Program-made: the position numbers and the translations under genes
The notes under the pieces: model-generated
Database searches by the model: none
Told to the model about the DNA's origin: nothing
The model's input: the letters and a program-made list of their open reading frames with translations, nothing else
Source: Camelus dromedarius
Lineage: Eukaryota
Assembly: GCF_036321535.1 (NCBI RefSeq)
Contig: NC_087436.1
Span: 50,408,001-50,472,000, forward strand
Length of the DNA: 64,000 nt
Direction: 5' to 3'
In this document: positions 1-12,760 of the stretch, piece by piece
Layout of the letters: the number at the start of each line of letters is the position of its first letter
Position numbering within the stretch: position 1 is the stretch's first letter

Positions 1-639
1 TCCTCCTTCGGTGGAATTTTACACTAAAGATGATAGCAATGGTGTGCTGGTGACAGGGTCCCTCCCCGTTTACGTCCTCAGCCATGTTGTGGTTTCTGTT
101 GTGTAGAGCTAAGTCTCTTCAGAAGTATTACCGTATTTCCAGAGCCCTTTTATGCCTCAGATCTTACTGCTCTAAACTAAAAAAAAAAAAAGAAGAAGAA
201 GAGGAAGAAATCTTTCAGAAGTGCAGCACTTACTTTTAGAGACATCACCACACCCAGGACCTAAGACGTTATGAATCATCTCTTAGCATCTTCTCTCATA
301 TAGGCCCATATTCACTAATACTAAAAATAAGAGTGCATATTTAATGAATGTTGGTATATTCTATCTATAACATCAGATTTCTTTTCACAGTGCCCAGCTG
401 ATGGTCAATGGTTTGGAGTTGAGACTATCTTTGTTGTAATCATTAATTCTTTGAATGATAAAAACTAATCCTATGTCATGAAATAGTATTAAGTATTAGT
501 AGCATTAAGTATTATTTTTCTTTTGTGTGTTGCTCATTTTATTGGGAGACCAAAGAATACCAGCCTCATCTTCTGACACAGCCATATGATCATCTTGCTC
601 TCTCCATACCTAATATTTCCTAATTACTTGAGCATACAT

Positions 640-1570
640 AGCTCAATGACCCAGGCCATTGACCATGCCATGCCTTCCACCTCCAAACCTCTCCTCCTTC
701 ATGACATTTCAAGAGTTACCTCTTTGTAACAGAGAAAAGAAGCAATCAGACGAGAACTTCCACAAATGTCCACTACCTCATCTATCTACCCACCCTCATC
801 TGTATTCATTTTTATTCTACTTTCTCTCCAATTACAAAGGCAAACTCTCAGGGATTCTAAGGCCAACTTCTCCACTTGAGCACAGGATCACACCTCCTCT
901 CGCCTACTCAAAGAATTTGGTTCTGAAGTTATATCCTCTCTCTCATCATCACTTTTTTCCTGTAGTTTATTGGCTTATTATAATCATCATATGTACATGC
1001 TATAATATTTCCCATTTAACAAACATCCCTCCCTAGATTCCATATGTTGTTCTAACTATAATTCTACTGTTGACCCCCTTTATAACAACATTCCTTGAAA
1101 GGGTTGTCCAAACCTGCACACTCCACCTCTCCACTTCCCACACCCTCTCGAACTTGTCCCAATTACACATTCCCCTTCAGAGCCATCCATATTGCCAAAT
1201 CTAATGATCAATCCCTTCTTACTCAACTCTTGGCACTATTTGACATAATTGATCACTTCATCCTACTTGAAACACTGTCTTCACTTGACTTCTAGGTCAT
1301 CACAAACCGCTGATTTGCTCATTACTCTGTTAGCCTCTTTTGCTGCATCTTCTGTTTAGACTAAATTTTGGTCTGAGGACTGGTCTTTAGACTACTTTCT
1401 AGCCATGTTATTCACTCACATGCCATTTGCACAGACATGACTGCCAAATTTTTACCACCAACCCACATGTCCCACCCCACACTCCTTACTTTTTATCCAA
1501 CTCTACACCTCCCCCTAAATTTGTAATAAACACCTCATACTTCACAAGTGCATGTCAGAATTCTTGATCC
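640..1570 (+). mobile_element. LINE-2 (L2) fragment including decayed reverse-transcriptase region
   Basis: ORF 1095..1295 ends LALFDIIDHFILLETLSSLDF, resembling the L2/CR1 RT motif AAFDTVDHSLLLETLSSLGF (recalled). The C/T-rich composition is typical of the L2 sense strand. Boundaries approximate. Confidence 0.8.
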
Positions 1571-1769
1571 CATTCACCTGAGGCTGGTGACCATGGATTT
1601 AAAGTGAGATCAGTTAGAATAATATTTTTTGTTTTTCTCCAAGTTTCAGCAGAAGCAGTTCAGGTTTGAAGCAAATTGAGATTTATATTTAACTAGAATG
1701 TGATTTTCCCAAACAATTACAAAGAAACAAAAGAGGGGAAAGGCAGTTGAAGGTGCATGTGTCTATGTG

Positions 1770-2240
1770 ATCCTGACCCACAAAGCCTTTGATCAGCTGA
1801 CCCCTGATTGCCTCTCTGACTTCACTTCCTACCACTTTCTCCCTGGCCACTCCCCTCCAGCCATCCTGGCCTCATTGTACATTCCAATCTCAGAGTCTTT
1901 GGACTTGCTGTGCCTTCTCCTCTGAACCTCTCACCCTAAATATTCATTCCTCTGCTTCATCTACACCTCTACTCAAAAGGCACCTCGCAGAAAAAAAAAA
2001 AAAAGTTCTTCATGAACTTACCTGAAACAGCAACCCCAACGCTCACTATGCCATCACTCTATTTTACTTTCTTTTACAGCATTTATTGCTACCTATCATG
2101 TTATATACTTATTTATTTCCTGACTCACTTTCCAGAATATATGGTACATAAGGACAGAAGTTTACTTTTTCCTATCTACCTAGAATTTAAACAGGATGTC
2201 CTATATAGCTAACACTCAATAAATATTTGTTGAAAAAATT
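1770..2240 (+). mobile_element. L2 3' end
   Basis: L2-like 3' region ending in the characteristic ctcaataaatatttgttgaa tail at ~2215-2234. Confidence 0.75.
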
Positions 2241-3449
2241 AATGATTACTCAAAATTTTGTGGGGCAACTCAGATGTTGTCTGTTTGATCATAACATTAT
2301 TATTCTTACAGGAATGTCTATGGAAGCTTCTGCTAACAACAGAAATTTCAAATGAGAAAATCTACATAAAGTACTTAAAACAGTGTCTGACAATTAATGA
2401 TTATTCAATACATTCCAATCATCATCATTAATTAACAGAAATAACAGTTGAAAACTCAGAAGTGCTCAAGAAATATTTTTGGTTTTATATGCCCTGATAT
2501 TTTGATTAATGACAAAGAAAAAGGAATTTAAAGTGATCATTTTCTCTTTTTCTTTTAGTTTTTCTAGTTTGTTTCTGCAGTTCCGTTACAAGCATTACAA
2601 AGAGCTTCAAAAGAAGGGAGTTAGACTCAATGATCTCTACACTATATATTTTTATACTAGCCTTTTATACTGTACAGTGTTAGCACATCTTGCCACTAGC
2701 TCCATCCAGTCATGCATATTGTTCTCAAATTGCTGTCCTGCATTCTCCCCTTTATCTATAATGGAGCTGTGAAAAGCTGAAAATGCTTTCCAATAGATAC
2801 AGAGCAATCAAAACCCCTATGAAAGTCAAAATTGCAATTATTTTCTGAGCTATATACCTAGAGAAAGAAAATAAACCTAGAATTGACAATTTACTTATGG
2901 TCTTCTTTAGTCTGAGGATGTGGTATCATATAATGTTCACTCTGGGCTACTTCAAGTCTGAATTATGAGACCATTAAGTTGCCTGGTTTGTCATCATTAT
3001 GTTGCTCAAAAACATTACACTTAGTAGGTGTTGGCTGAAGTAACAACACTCCATTTTGAAATAAATATGGAGTTCTTATGAGAACTCAAACAAAAAATAA
3101 TTAAATTTAATATCTGGGGTAATTTTATGGAAAGAAATACATTTTCTATAGCGCTAGACAAGGGAAATTTAAGTACTGAAGTCAAGACTCCAATTCAAAA
3201 TCTCATCAATATTAGAAATGAAAATGCCTACTGGACTTCTCAATGTACAAGCTATTAATTTTCATCACTGCTTTTAGAACAATCAGAACTGTTCAGCAGC
3301 TGTTTAATCACATCCTGTGTTGATCCCTTGTCATCTTCTCCAAGTATGTGTGGTCCCTTTCATTCTCTGTAAAAACAGTAAAAAGCTGTGGATTTTATCA
3401 GTGTGATTTTTTTTTTTCTTGGAGCAAGTACCCAACTTTATTTCTGCCT

Positions 3450-3830
3450 TCTCCCAATGTATTACTACATGTAATAACATAAATAAATCCCACAGAAGTC
3501 ATGTTTAGTCAAAGAAACCAGACATAAAAGAGTTCATATGGTATGATTTCATTTATTTGAAGTTCAAGGATTGGTAAAACTAACCAAAGGTGATAAAAGT
3601 CAGAAAAATGGTTTCCTTGTTGATATTCTTACTGATTTGACAGTGGCATGAGAAAGTCTCTGAAGTGCCAGGAATCTTTCATATCTTGATTAGTGACTAC
3701 ATATCATATACATATTTTTTAAATTTATTGAACTGTATGCTTAGGATATATGTGCTTTGTATCTTTTTTAAAACTCACTGAATTGTACACTTAGGTGAAT
3801 TTTATTCTGTCGCTATATCTGAATAAAAAA
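3450..3830 (+). mobile_element. Old L1M (L1MC/ME-like) 3' UTR fragment
   Basis: Motifs aaagaaaccagacataaaagagt, tatgatttcatttatttgaagttcaa and aaaactcactgaattgtacacttag, followed by aataaa. Confidence 0.75.
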
Positions 3831-5844
3831 TTTTAAACCCTCTAATAGGCCAACTTACTAATCTCCCATTTAGTACTGCCAAATGTGCACTGATCAAACC
3901 TTTTATTAAAAAATAAATAAAATAAAACAAATTTAGAAAATAATGCAAGGACAGGTGAGAAGTAAAAACTACCCATGTTTAAAGATCAGATTTCATTCAC
4001 AACTAATAATTATGCTTAGCTCATAAGGCTGTGGATTTGGATGCATCTTTCAGGGAGATGTAGCATCTTTCCCAACCTAATATTCTTCTAATAGAAGCCT
4101 TCAGGCTTTTTGGTTTTCTTTCTGAGTAATGAGGATAAAAAGACAATGTTTTGTTAAATATTTTGTTAAAGAAATCATTATCTTATCTTGAAAAACAGTT
4201 TGGGAAACTTGAATTTTTTCCTCTAAGTTTTAAATATTTTAAGTATCATGTTTTAAATGTATATAAATCATAATATCATCATAAAGAAAATGTTTTAAAT
4301 ATCACCTTAGAAGACCTTTTCTTTGGGGTTATTTTTTATCTTGTCATTCCAGATACTGTCTGAAAATGGGGGTGACTGAAAAGTGTAATTTTTTATTAGA
4401 GATGCTATATGTTTAAGTGGCTATTTAGGGTGAAAAGCTGACCATGGTAGTTTACAAGTAAACCTACAATCCTCTTATCAGCCCCCATGTGTATAATAAA
4501 AAGAAGTCCTTTTGTGACAAAAGTTTGCCCACCTCTTGGACTCTTGATACTCTTTAGCTTCTAGTGTCTGTATTGCATATGTGGTACTTGATTGCAATGC
4601 ACCTCTACATACCTGACCCCAGGGATATTGCAGAAGAACTGTGGACCAAGATTGTAAGGGTTGTACAAGGTACGGAGGGGTGGAATGTATGGTCAGGCCA
4701 CTCATGATGGCTGTTCTCTTGCTCTTTGTACATCCCCTGCTTGACCAGTCCCTAGTCAAGCCACTCATATGACTAACCAGTCCTCTTCATTATCGGGCTT
4801 CATTAGTCCTGGGTAACTGATGAGCCTCATTGGCTTCACTGCCAAGAATAAAATCAGAACATGTAAAGTCTCAAAAGGAGGGAAGGAAGGAGGGAAGGCA
4901 GGCAGGCAGGCTCATTGACCTCACTGCCAAGAGTAAAATCAGAGGAACATCTGAAGAGTTTATGAACAAGAGGAACTGGGATTCCATCCAGACGTTGAGG
5001 ATTAATGGCAAGGAAGATCCTAATTAGAAACTGGAAGATTTTGAACCAACTGAAAACCTTTCCTCTATCCCAAGTGTCTTAGGATCCTCTTGGTGATAAC
5101 AGAGATGGCAGCCCTGCAATTGGCAAAGCCCAAAGAGGAACCAGTTCTTGATGGAAAGTCTTTTGTGCCTTTTCAGCAAGTCCAAGAGCAGAAGTGGAAT
5201 ACTGTTAGGAAGATAGACCACGTTGTTGGAGAAAGCTTATATCTTTCAGAAAAAAGAAATTTGAAATGAGAGTCATAAAATTCTTAGAAAAGTTGTCAGA
5301 GAGTGATTCTGTGTCATGTTTAACTAAATAAAATTTTATGATTAAATTACATGAATATGTGATTCTTAAGAATGTCATTTCCTGAAAACTACATCTCCTA
5401 GAAAAGAAAAACTTATGTAGTAATGTCTTCCCTGAAAGGCAAACTTGAATTTTCTGTGAAAATTCTATTGAGGAAAATAGCTAGAAAATGGAAAATAAAT
5501 TTTATCAAAATATAGAGAGACTATATGACAAGTCATTTTAAAAAGAGGATGGTAAGGAGCTGTATATTTTCTTATAGACAGAATTTACTAAATTCTTCTA
5601 AAGACTTTGAGGGGTAAAATATAATGCCATTACCTATGGCTTAATCCCAACTGTGAGCCCTTCATCTTTTTAATTTGTTATTTTACCCAAGGAAAGAGTC
5701 TACTTTGGGGACTTTTTCAATACCCTTTCCTTTCTTTATTGGCAAGTCTTCCTGATTCAAAACAGGAACAGTAGACTGAGGACAGGAACAGAGATAGAAC
5801 AAAACAAGTATGATAAGGACATTACTTGAAAGCTTTAAAAGTCA

Positions 5845-6279
5845 TGGTCCCAGCAGAGAATCAACAGCTCACTACAGTCGGGTAACAAAGAACTATTTAC
5901 AAAAGTTTGTACGGGGTATAGGAAAATCAGAAGAGATGGTATAGTACCTCTAGTGATGGTAATAGCAGAGGGCTATTACCATCAACCTCAGTACTAAGGG
6001 GCAAAGGAAGCAAGCAGAGGAGAGAGATTATGTAGTAGGCTACACGACACAAGCCAAGAGTGGAGAGAGGCAGCCAGCCCACTGTGGCTGAGCAAGGGTT
6101 CTCCGAAGCAAATACCTCACTCACTTTCCCCTCTCCTAATCTCCTACTCATGCCGCCATTGGAGGCCAGAAAACAGAGGAGCCCATAGAGGCAGTGCATA
6201 CAAGTCAGTTGCCTAGGATGCAGACAGGCTGAAGAAGGGAGAGTGGATCTGGTGCATAGAACAGAAGGAAAACAACACA
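5845..6279 (-). mobile_element. ERVL LTR, LTR33-like
   Basis: ggtcccagcag...actatttacaaaagt...ggaaaatcagaagagatggtatagtacc resembles the reverse complement of LTR33 as recalled. Ends in ...aca. Confidence 0.55.
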
Positions 6280-6401
6280 AGGTGTATTAAAATGTGGCAA
6301 TACATGAGAACCTAGTGAAGTCCACTGCTAGAATTACACAGAGAGGAAGATACCTCTTCTGATTGGAGTAATTGGGGAATATTTCAAAAACGAGGCAGTA
6401 C

Positions 6402-6630
6402 TCCAGAGTCAGAAAATAGAATGGTGGCTGCCAGTGGTCAGGGCTGGGGGAAGGAGAGGGGACCTGTTTACTGGATACAGTTTCAGTTTTGCAGGATGAA
6501 AAGAGTTCTGGAGATAGGTTGCACAACAACGTGGATGAAGTTAACACTATGAACAGTGTTTTAACACTTAAAAATGGGTAAGACGGTAAATCTCATGTTA
6601 CATATTTTTACCACAATTTTAAAAATTCTT
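6402..6630 (+). mobile_element. 5'-truncated L1MB-like 3' end with 10-bp target-site duplication
   Basis: tagaatggtggctgccag...gtttcagttttgcaggatgaaaagagttctggagat...tattttaccacaat-like tail. Flanked by gaggcagtac at 6392-6401 and 6635-6644. Confidence 0.85.
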
Positions 6631-7015
6631 ACAGGAGGCAGTACATTTTAGTTGAATTTCATTAACATGGCAAAAGCTTTGCTAAGTAGAAATGGAGGTA
6701 TGAAGGGGAGATGGAACAAAGAACAATCCCAATGCAAGACTTTCTGTTCTGAGTTGAAGGGAAAAAATATAAGAACTCCTGAGAACTAGCTACGAAATTT
6801 CAAAGAAATTGAGAAGAAAGTAAAATATGCTTCTCATTAAAAAGTTAATGGGGCAGAGGGTAGGGTTTCCTGTAATACAAGCAATGTTTTTATATTAGTG
6901 CAGAAAGCAAAAAGACCAGCCGTACAGACTCTGAAGATATGAATTTATATCAGTATTTCAGGTATAAAGAATTCAAGTTGTTTAGCCAAGAATTAAACAA
7001 AGTCTCTTAGCCAAG

Positions 7016-7532
7016 TGTATTGACTTCCTATTGCTATAATAAGAAATAACCACAAACTTAGAACTTAGCAGCTTTAAAGAACACAGATTTATTATCTTAC
7101 ATTTCTAGAAGTTATATATCAAAAATAGGACTCAGCTAAAAATTAAGATGTTGGAGTGGCTTCCAGAGCATCTGGAAAAGAATCCATTTCCTTGCCTTTT
7201 CCAGTTGATAGAGGTCAGCCTGAATTTCTTGGTTGTGGCCCTCTTCCTTCAAAGTCAGGAATGACCAGTTCAGTATTTCTCACATCACATCACTCTGACA
7301 CTGACTCTTCTGTCTCCCTCCTCCACATTTAAAGGACCCTTGTGATTACAATTGGGTTCACCCAGATAAAATCCAGGAAAACCTCTTTCAGGTCAGTTGA
7401 TTAGCAACCCAAGTGTAATTCTTACCTGCAGCATCAATTCCCCTTTGCCGTGTAACATAACATACTCACAGTCCACAGATTAAGATGAGAACACTGCGGG
7501 ACTAGGGGGTAGGCATCATTCTGCCTGCCACT
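7016..7532 (-). mobile_element. MaLR solo LTR (MLT1C/D-like)
   Basis: Begins tgtattgacttcctattgctataat...accacaaacttag, contains aaggacccttgtgattaca and ends attctgcctgccac. Confidence 0.85.
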
Positions 7533-7829
7533 GCAAAGTTATATAAGAAACTTAAATTACTTTACTTCCCTAAGTGTTTTGCTAGTGAGGTGTTTATCAA
7601 AATACCACTACATTTTCACTATCTACTTGAATTGTTCTATAGTCACTAAATATATCAGAAAAGGTAGAAATGGATAAAAAACTGACAGTTTCTAAACCTT
7701 TTATCACACAAAGCTAACTACCTGAAATTTAATCAGAAATCAAGCTCCCTCAGTTTTCACTTTCAAGTGAATTCTAAAACCTGTTCTACATGTAGCCTTT
7801 ATATCCACAAGAACAAAAAGAAAAGTAAA

Positions 7830-8190
7830 AATATGTTCAACATTGCTAATTATTAGAGAAATGCAAATCAAAACTACAGTGAGGTATCACCTCACACCAG
7901 TCAGAATGGCCATCACACAAAAGTACAAATAATAAATGCTGTTTCGAAAGGGTATGGAGAAAAGAGAAACCTACATTATTGGTGGGAATGTAAATTTGTG
8001 CAGCCACTATGGAAAACAGAATAGAAGTTCCTTAAAAAATTAAAAGTAGTTACCATATGATCCAGCAATCTAACTCCTGGGCATATATTCGGAAAAGACA
8101 AAAACTAATTCGAAAAGACATATGTACCCCAATGTTCATAGCAGCACTGTTTACAATAGCCAAGACACAGAAGCAACCTAAATGTCCATC
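7830..8190 (+). mobile_element. L1 ORF2 C-terminal fragment, truncated at both ends
   Basis: agagaaatgcaaatcaaaactacagtgaggtatcacctcacaccagtcagaatggcc; translation DICTPMFIAALFTIAKTQKQPKCPS. No 3' UTR or poly(A). Confidence 0.93.
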
Positions 8191-8629
8191 AAGTGTGGGA
8201 ATGGGTCAGAGGGTGTGGAGGCAGAAGAAGCCTAAGATGGGAGGTCCATTCATTCAGTCATTGAAAATGCACTAGGTACTCGGTGTTGGGGACACATCAA
8301 TAATGAAAGCTGGGGACAGTGTAAAGGCTTTTTTTACACAGTGCTAGGAAGTTTAGGCTTTTTCTTCTAGATATTAGGAACCATTAATTGGTATTAAAGA
8401 ATGTATATGATCTCATTTCTTAAATGACTGGTTACATTGTGGAGCAGGGATTGGAGCAGAAAAGATTATAGGAAGACAAAATAGTAAAGTTACAATTTAT
8501 ATAGTTAAGGTAAAGGATCAATGAGAAGAGTAAACAATGATGGTAGTGGAATCAGAGTTGAGAGATGTCTAAAAGGTGCAGTAAACAAAACTGCATGATT
8601 AAATGATAGGGGTTTGGGCATATTGGCAA

Positions 8630-9397
8630 AATTTTTATTTTTTAATTTTTTTATTGAAGTATAGTCAGTTTAAATGTTGTGTCAATTTCTGGTGTACAGT
8701 GCAATGTTTCAGTCATACATATACATACATATATTTGTTTTCATATTCTTTTTCATTATAGGTTACTACAAGATATTGAATATAATTCCCTGTTCTATAC
8801 AGAAGAAACTTGTTGTTTTCTATTTTATATATAGTAGTTAGTATCTGCAAATTTCAAACTTCCAATTTATCCCTTCCCACCCTCTTCCCCCAACCCCCGT
8901 AACCATAAGCTTGTTTTCTATGCCTGTGAGTTTCGTTTTATAAATAAGTTCATTTGTGTCTTTTTTTTTAGATTCCACATATAAGTGATATGATATTTTT
9001 CTTTCTCTTTCAGGTTTACTTCACTTAGAATGACAATCTCCGGGTCCATCCATGTTGCTGCAAATGGTATTATTTTATTATTTTTTATGGCTGAGTAGTA
9101 CTCCATTGTATGAATATACCACAACTTCTTTGTCCAGTCACTTGTCAATGGATGTTTAGGTTATTTTCATGTCTTGGCTATTGTAAACAGTGCTGCTATG
9201 AACATTGGGGTGCACATATCTTTTTAAATTAAAGTTAATTAACGTCCAGGAGTGGGATTGCTGGGTCATATGGTAAAACCATTTTTAGTTTTTTAAGGAA
9301 TCACCATATTGTTTTCCCTAATTCCTGCACCAAACTACATTCCCACCAGCAGTGTAGGAGGGTTCCTTTTTCTCCACATCCTCTCCAGTATTTATCA
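8630..9397 (-). mobile_element. 5'-truncated L1 (ORF2 end, 3' UTR, A-rich tail)
   Basis: Translation WTKKLWYIHTMEYYSAIK...PFAATWMDPEIVILSEV; T-rich tail at ~8630-8652. Confidence 0.95.
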
Positions 9398-11176
9398 CAG
9401 CAATTTTTTTCTTAATTCCCAATGTAAAACTGATAAAAGGACTTCTTAATCCCATTGAATTAAAACAATTTTACTAAGAATTTTATAACCATACACCAGT
9501 AACTATTATAATTTTAAAAATATTTTAAATCAAAACTATGAGAATCATATTAATGGATTCAATGGAGGGGGGTTAGCAATGTCTACTTTATTTCTACAAT
9601 TAATAATCTATCACAATAGAGAATACATAAAACCAAGAGTAAAGATGCTTTCAGGTAAGAGACAGCTGTTTGGGGAGAATTAAGACTATAATCACCAATA
9701 TTACTATTATATTCTGTTTTTAATTATTCTATATAATCAAATCAAGCCTCTCTTTTCCTCTTATATTTTACAGATAATTCATTAGCAATAAAAACTGTCA
9801 CTGAGATTAATTATCTCTAAATGTCTTCAATAAATTTAACACTAAATAAATAACTTTGTCCATGTTAAAGAAACACCTTAAATTTAATTATCTTGCTTTA
9901 ACTGATTTAGGTAAATTTGTCTTTTAAAGTTTAAAATATACATGCTACTCCTTATTTTATCAAAGATGTAAGCTATTACCCTTTGATTTTTAAATGCCAA
10001 GTAATTCAAGAATAATACATCAGACAACTATGAATATAGATATTCTACAAATTTAGGGAATTCTTCTAACCTAACATTGCCTTTCCAATTCCATACTATT
10101 TGATGCTTTGTGTCAGATACTTTCACATGCACTGTCTTGTTTAATCTCCACAACAATCCTGAGAAGGAGGATTTTACAAAAGAAGAAACTGAAATTTCTA
10201 AAAAATGAACTATTTCTCAGATCACGATTCATAAATGTTGAAAACAATGATTTCAAGTTTGGTACCATCCTATATTGATAAGATATCAATGCAAATACTC
10301 ATATTGCCATGCACAGTGATATGGTAACAGCAAAAATTAAGGGGGAAAGGAGTTCCAGATGAAAAAGTTAACAAATTATACAGAGAGCAAATGGTCTCCT
10401 TTTTTGAGTGTAAGAAATATTCCACTTTCCTGATATCTAACATGCAGTCACTATGAGGGCCTAAACTAGGTCATTTTTATTGCAAGTTTACAATCATCTA
10501 ACTTATTACTATGGCCCTCCAGAACCACTTAGAGCAGGAGCTTCTAGACTATCTTTCAGCAAGGTAATAGAAATGTTCTTCGGAAAACATTCTTTTCTAT
10601 GTCGTGGAGATGTCTCAGAGCATATTGGCTACTCTCTGGCTCAGTTCCAGGTTCTGCTTTGCAGTTTAAACCACCCCTTGTAGATTTGATCATCAATATT
10701 GTTAGACTGCAGATGGGGCCCTGTAGGATAGAGAAGGCTGAGTAGAGCAGACAAGTTATTAAGCTAGAAAAATATGGGCTGATACTGGTGTTCTTTCATA
10801 TTCACAGGCAGGGTTTCTTTGAGTAATATGATATGGGGAGCAACAGAATTACCAAATGTTTACCAAGGTTATATATTTAACAAATAAAATAACAGAAAAT
10901 AAGGGGAAAGTTTAAATATCTTCTCCCTCATAATAAAAATAAGGTTGGAAAGGAAAAAATGAAAACAATTTCCCTCTATAGTATTTATATAAGAAGTAAA
11001 ATAAATTTAACTATTATATTCACAGCAGAAACATTCTCCAAAGTGATAAATGTAAAGAAACAAAAAGTAAACTGTAAGTATGCTTCCATATTAATAATTT
11101 ATAGAATACAGGAGAGGCAATTCATTATGAAGAGAGTGAAATGGAGCTTCACAATCTCATGATTTAAATAAATAGA

Positions 11177-11232
11177 TGCTGTACACCAGAAATTGATACA
11201 ACATTGTAAACTAACTATACTTCAATAAAAAA
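11177..11232 (+). mobile_element. Severely 5'-truncated L1 3' terminus (~55 bp)
   Basis: gctgtacaccagaaattgatacaacattgtaaactaactatacttcaataaaaaa matches the reverse complement of the L1 end at ~8650-8700. Confidence 0.85.
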
Positions 11233-11666
11233 GGGGGAAAATAAATCATAGTAATTAAAAATAGAAAGAAAGAAAGAGAAATAAGCCAGGAAGACTTCCC
11301 TTTACCCCTATGCATTCTTCCCCTGAATCACATACAATCCCAACTCAATTTGTTGAGCTAATATTTTTAAAGGGATTGAACAGTCATCCCCAAGTCCTCC
11401 AGACCAGAAAGAAAATCTTGGACAGGGTAGTTTTCTAGCTTTGTATTTGTTGCTTTTGGTGACAAAACTTTTAAATTAAAATGAACAAAAAGTGTTCTTC
11501 AGTTATTATGAGCAAACTGATAAATCTGGCAACACAGTATATTAAGTAGAAATATACAAAGAAAGTCAATTTTCATAAATCTATTGACAAATTTGCAAAC
11601 TTTAAGATTCAATAACAAAAACTGTTGATATTATATATTCATTATTGTAACAGACCAATATATTGG

Positions 11667-11895
11667 TGTATTAGTCTGCTCAGACTGCCATAACAAAATA
11701 CCACTAGACTACAGACTAGAATTTAAGCAACAGAAATTTATTTTCTCACAGTTTTGGAAAGTAGAAATCTAACATCAAGGTTCTGACTGATTCAGTTTCT
11801 GGACTCTCCTCCTGGCTTGCAGATGGCTGCCTTCTCACTCTGCCTTCACATGACCTCTCCTCAGTGTGTGCTCATAGACAAATAGAGAGTGTGAG
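11667..11895 (-). mobile_element. MaLR LTR fragment (MLT1A-like)
   Basis: tgtattagtctgctcagactgccataacaaaatacca...aacagaaatttattttctcacagtttgg-like...tggcttgcagatggctgccttctc. Confidence 0.85.
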
Positions 11896-11899
11896 CTGC

Positions 11900-12760
11900 C
11901 GGATATATAAGCAGTTGGATATATAAACCTGGAACTCAGAGTGTGGACAGGCAAATATATATATATGTTTATTTATTTTCAAAATTATTAGCATTAAAAT
12001 CACCGCGACTAAATGAAATCGCCCAGCTAAAAGGGGTGAATAACAGTGATCTCAGACAGAAGAGAATGGCCATCAGCACAAGGAGACCAAAAAAGAGAAC
12101 TAGCCTCAGGAGTCAAGTTTTTAATGAGTGGTGAATCATATTGAATGCTATAGAGTAGTTGACCAAGATGAGTACAGATAAGGTCCACTGAATTTGGCAG
12201 TTTGGTTGTTTTTGGCATTCTTGGCAAAATAAATAGAAGAGATGGGGAAGAGAAGGAAGGGACAGGAGGAGGATTCCATGAAGTGGAAGAAATAGAATCC
12301 AGAATGGAGTGGGTTGATGAGCAAATGGTGGGTGAAGAATGGAGAGAGCCAGTTAAGACAACAATGTATTGAAAAATGGATAAAATATTTAGGGGAACGT
12401 GGAATCAATGAATACAGTTTTTAAGTGAATGTCATAAGAGCGTATCAAATACAGTTGGAAATAATCCACTAGAAAAGGAGTAAATTATGATGTAATTACT
12501 TCAAAAGGTCTTGAAAAAATGAGAGAAGCTGGGATTGTACCACAAGCAGAAGTACTGGCCATTTATAGGCTTTAAAGGAAGATATAGAATATGACACATG
12601 GTCTTATACAGAGATGGGGTTACAGCTATGGAGCTTAGAAGATGAAAGCACTTCTGAGTGGTTGTTCTCATTTTCCTAATGAAATATGAGCAATTCTTCA
12701 GCTGAAAGCTGGAGTGTCAGCTGGAAGGAGGTGTTACACAGGTTATAAGGCTGAAAAATA
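11900..12760 (-). mobile_element. L2 fragment
   Basis: A/G-rich antisense L2 motifs aagcagttggatatata...ctggaactcagag and tccagaatggagtgggttga. Confidence 0.65.

Noticed and set aside
2540..2640. Possible + strand exon after a pyrimidine tract (FLQFRYKHYKELQKKG)
   Set aside because: No good donor site, no recognisable peptide and no partner exons.
7830..9397. Twin-primed (5'-inverted) single L1
   Set aside because: The two pieces overlap in L1 coordinates and are separated by ~440 bp of unrelated sequence.
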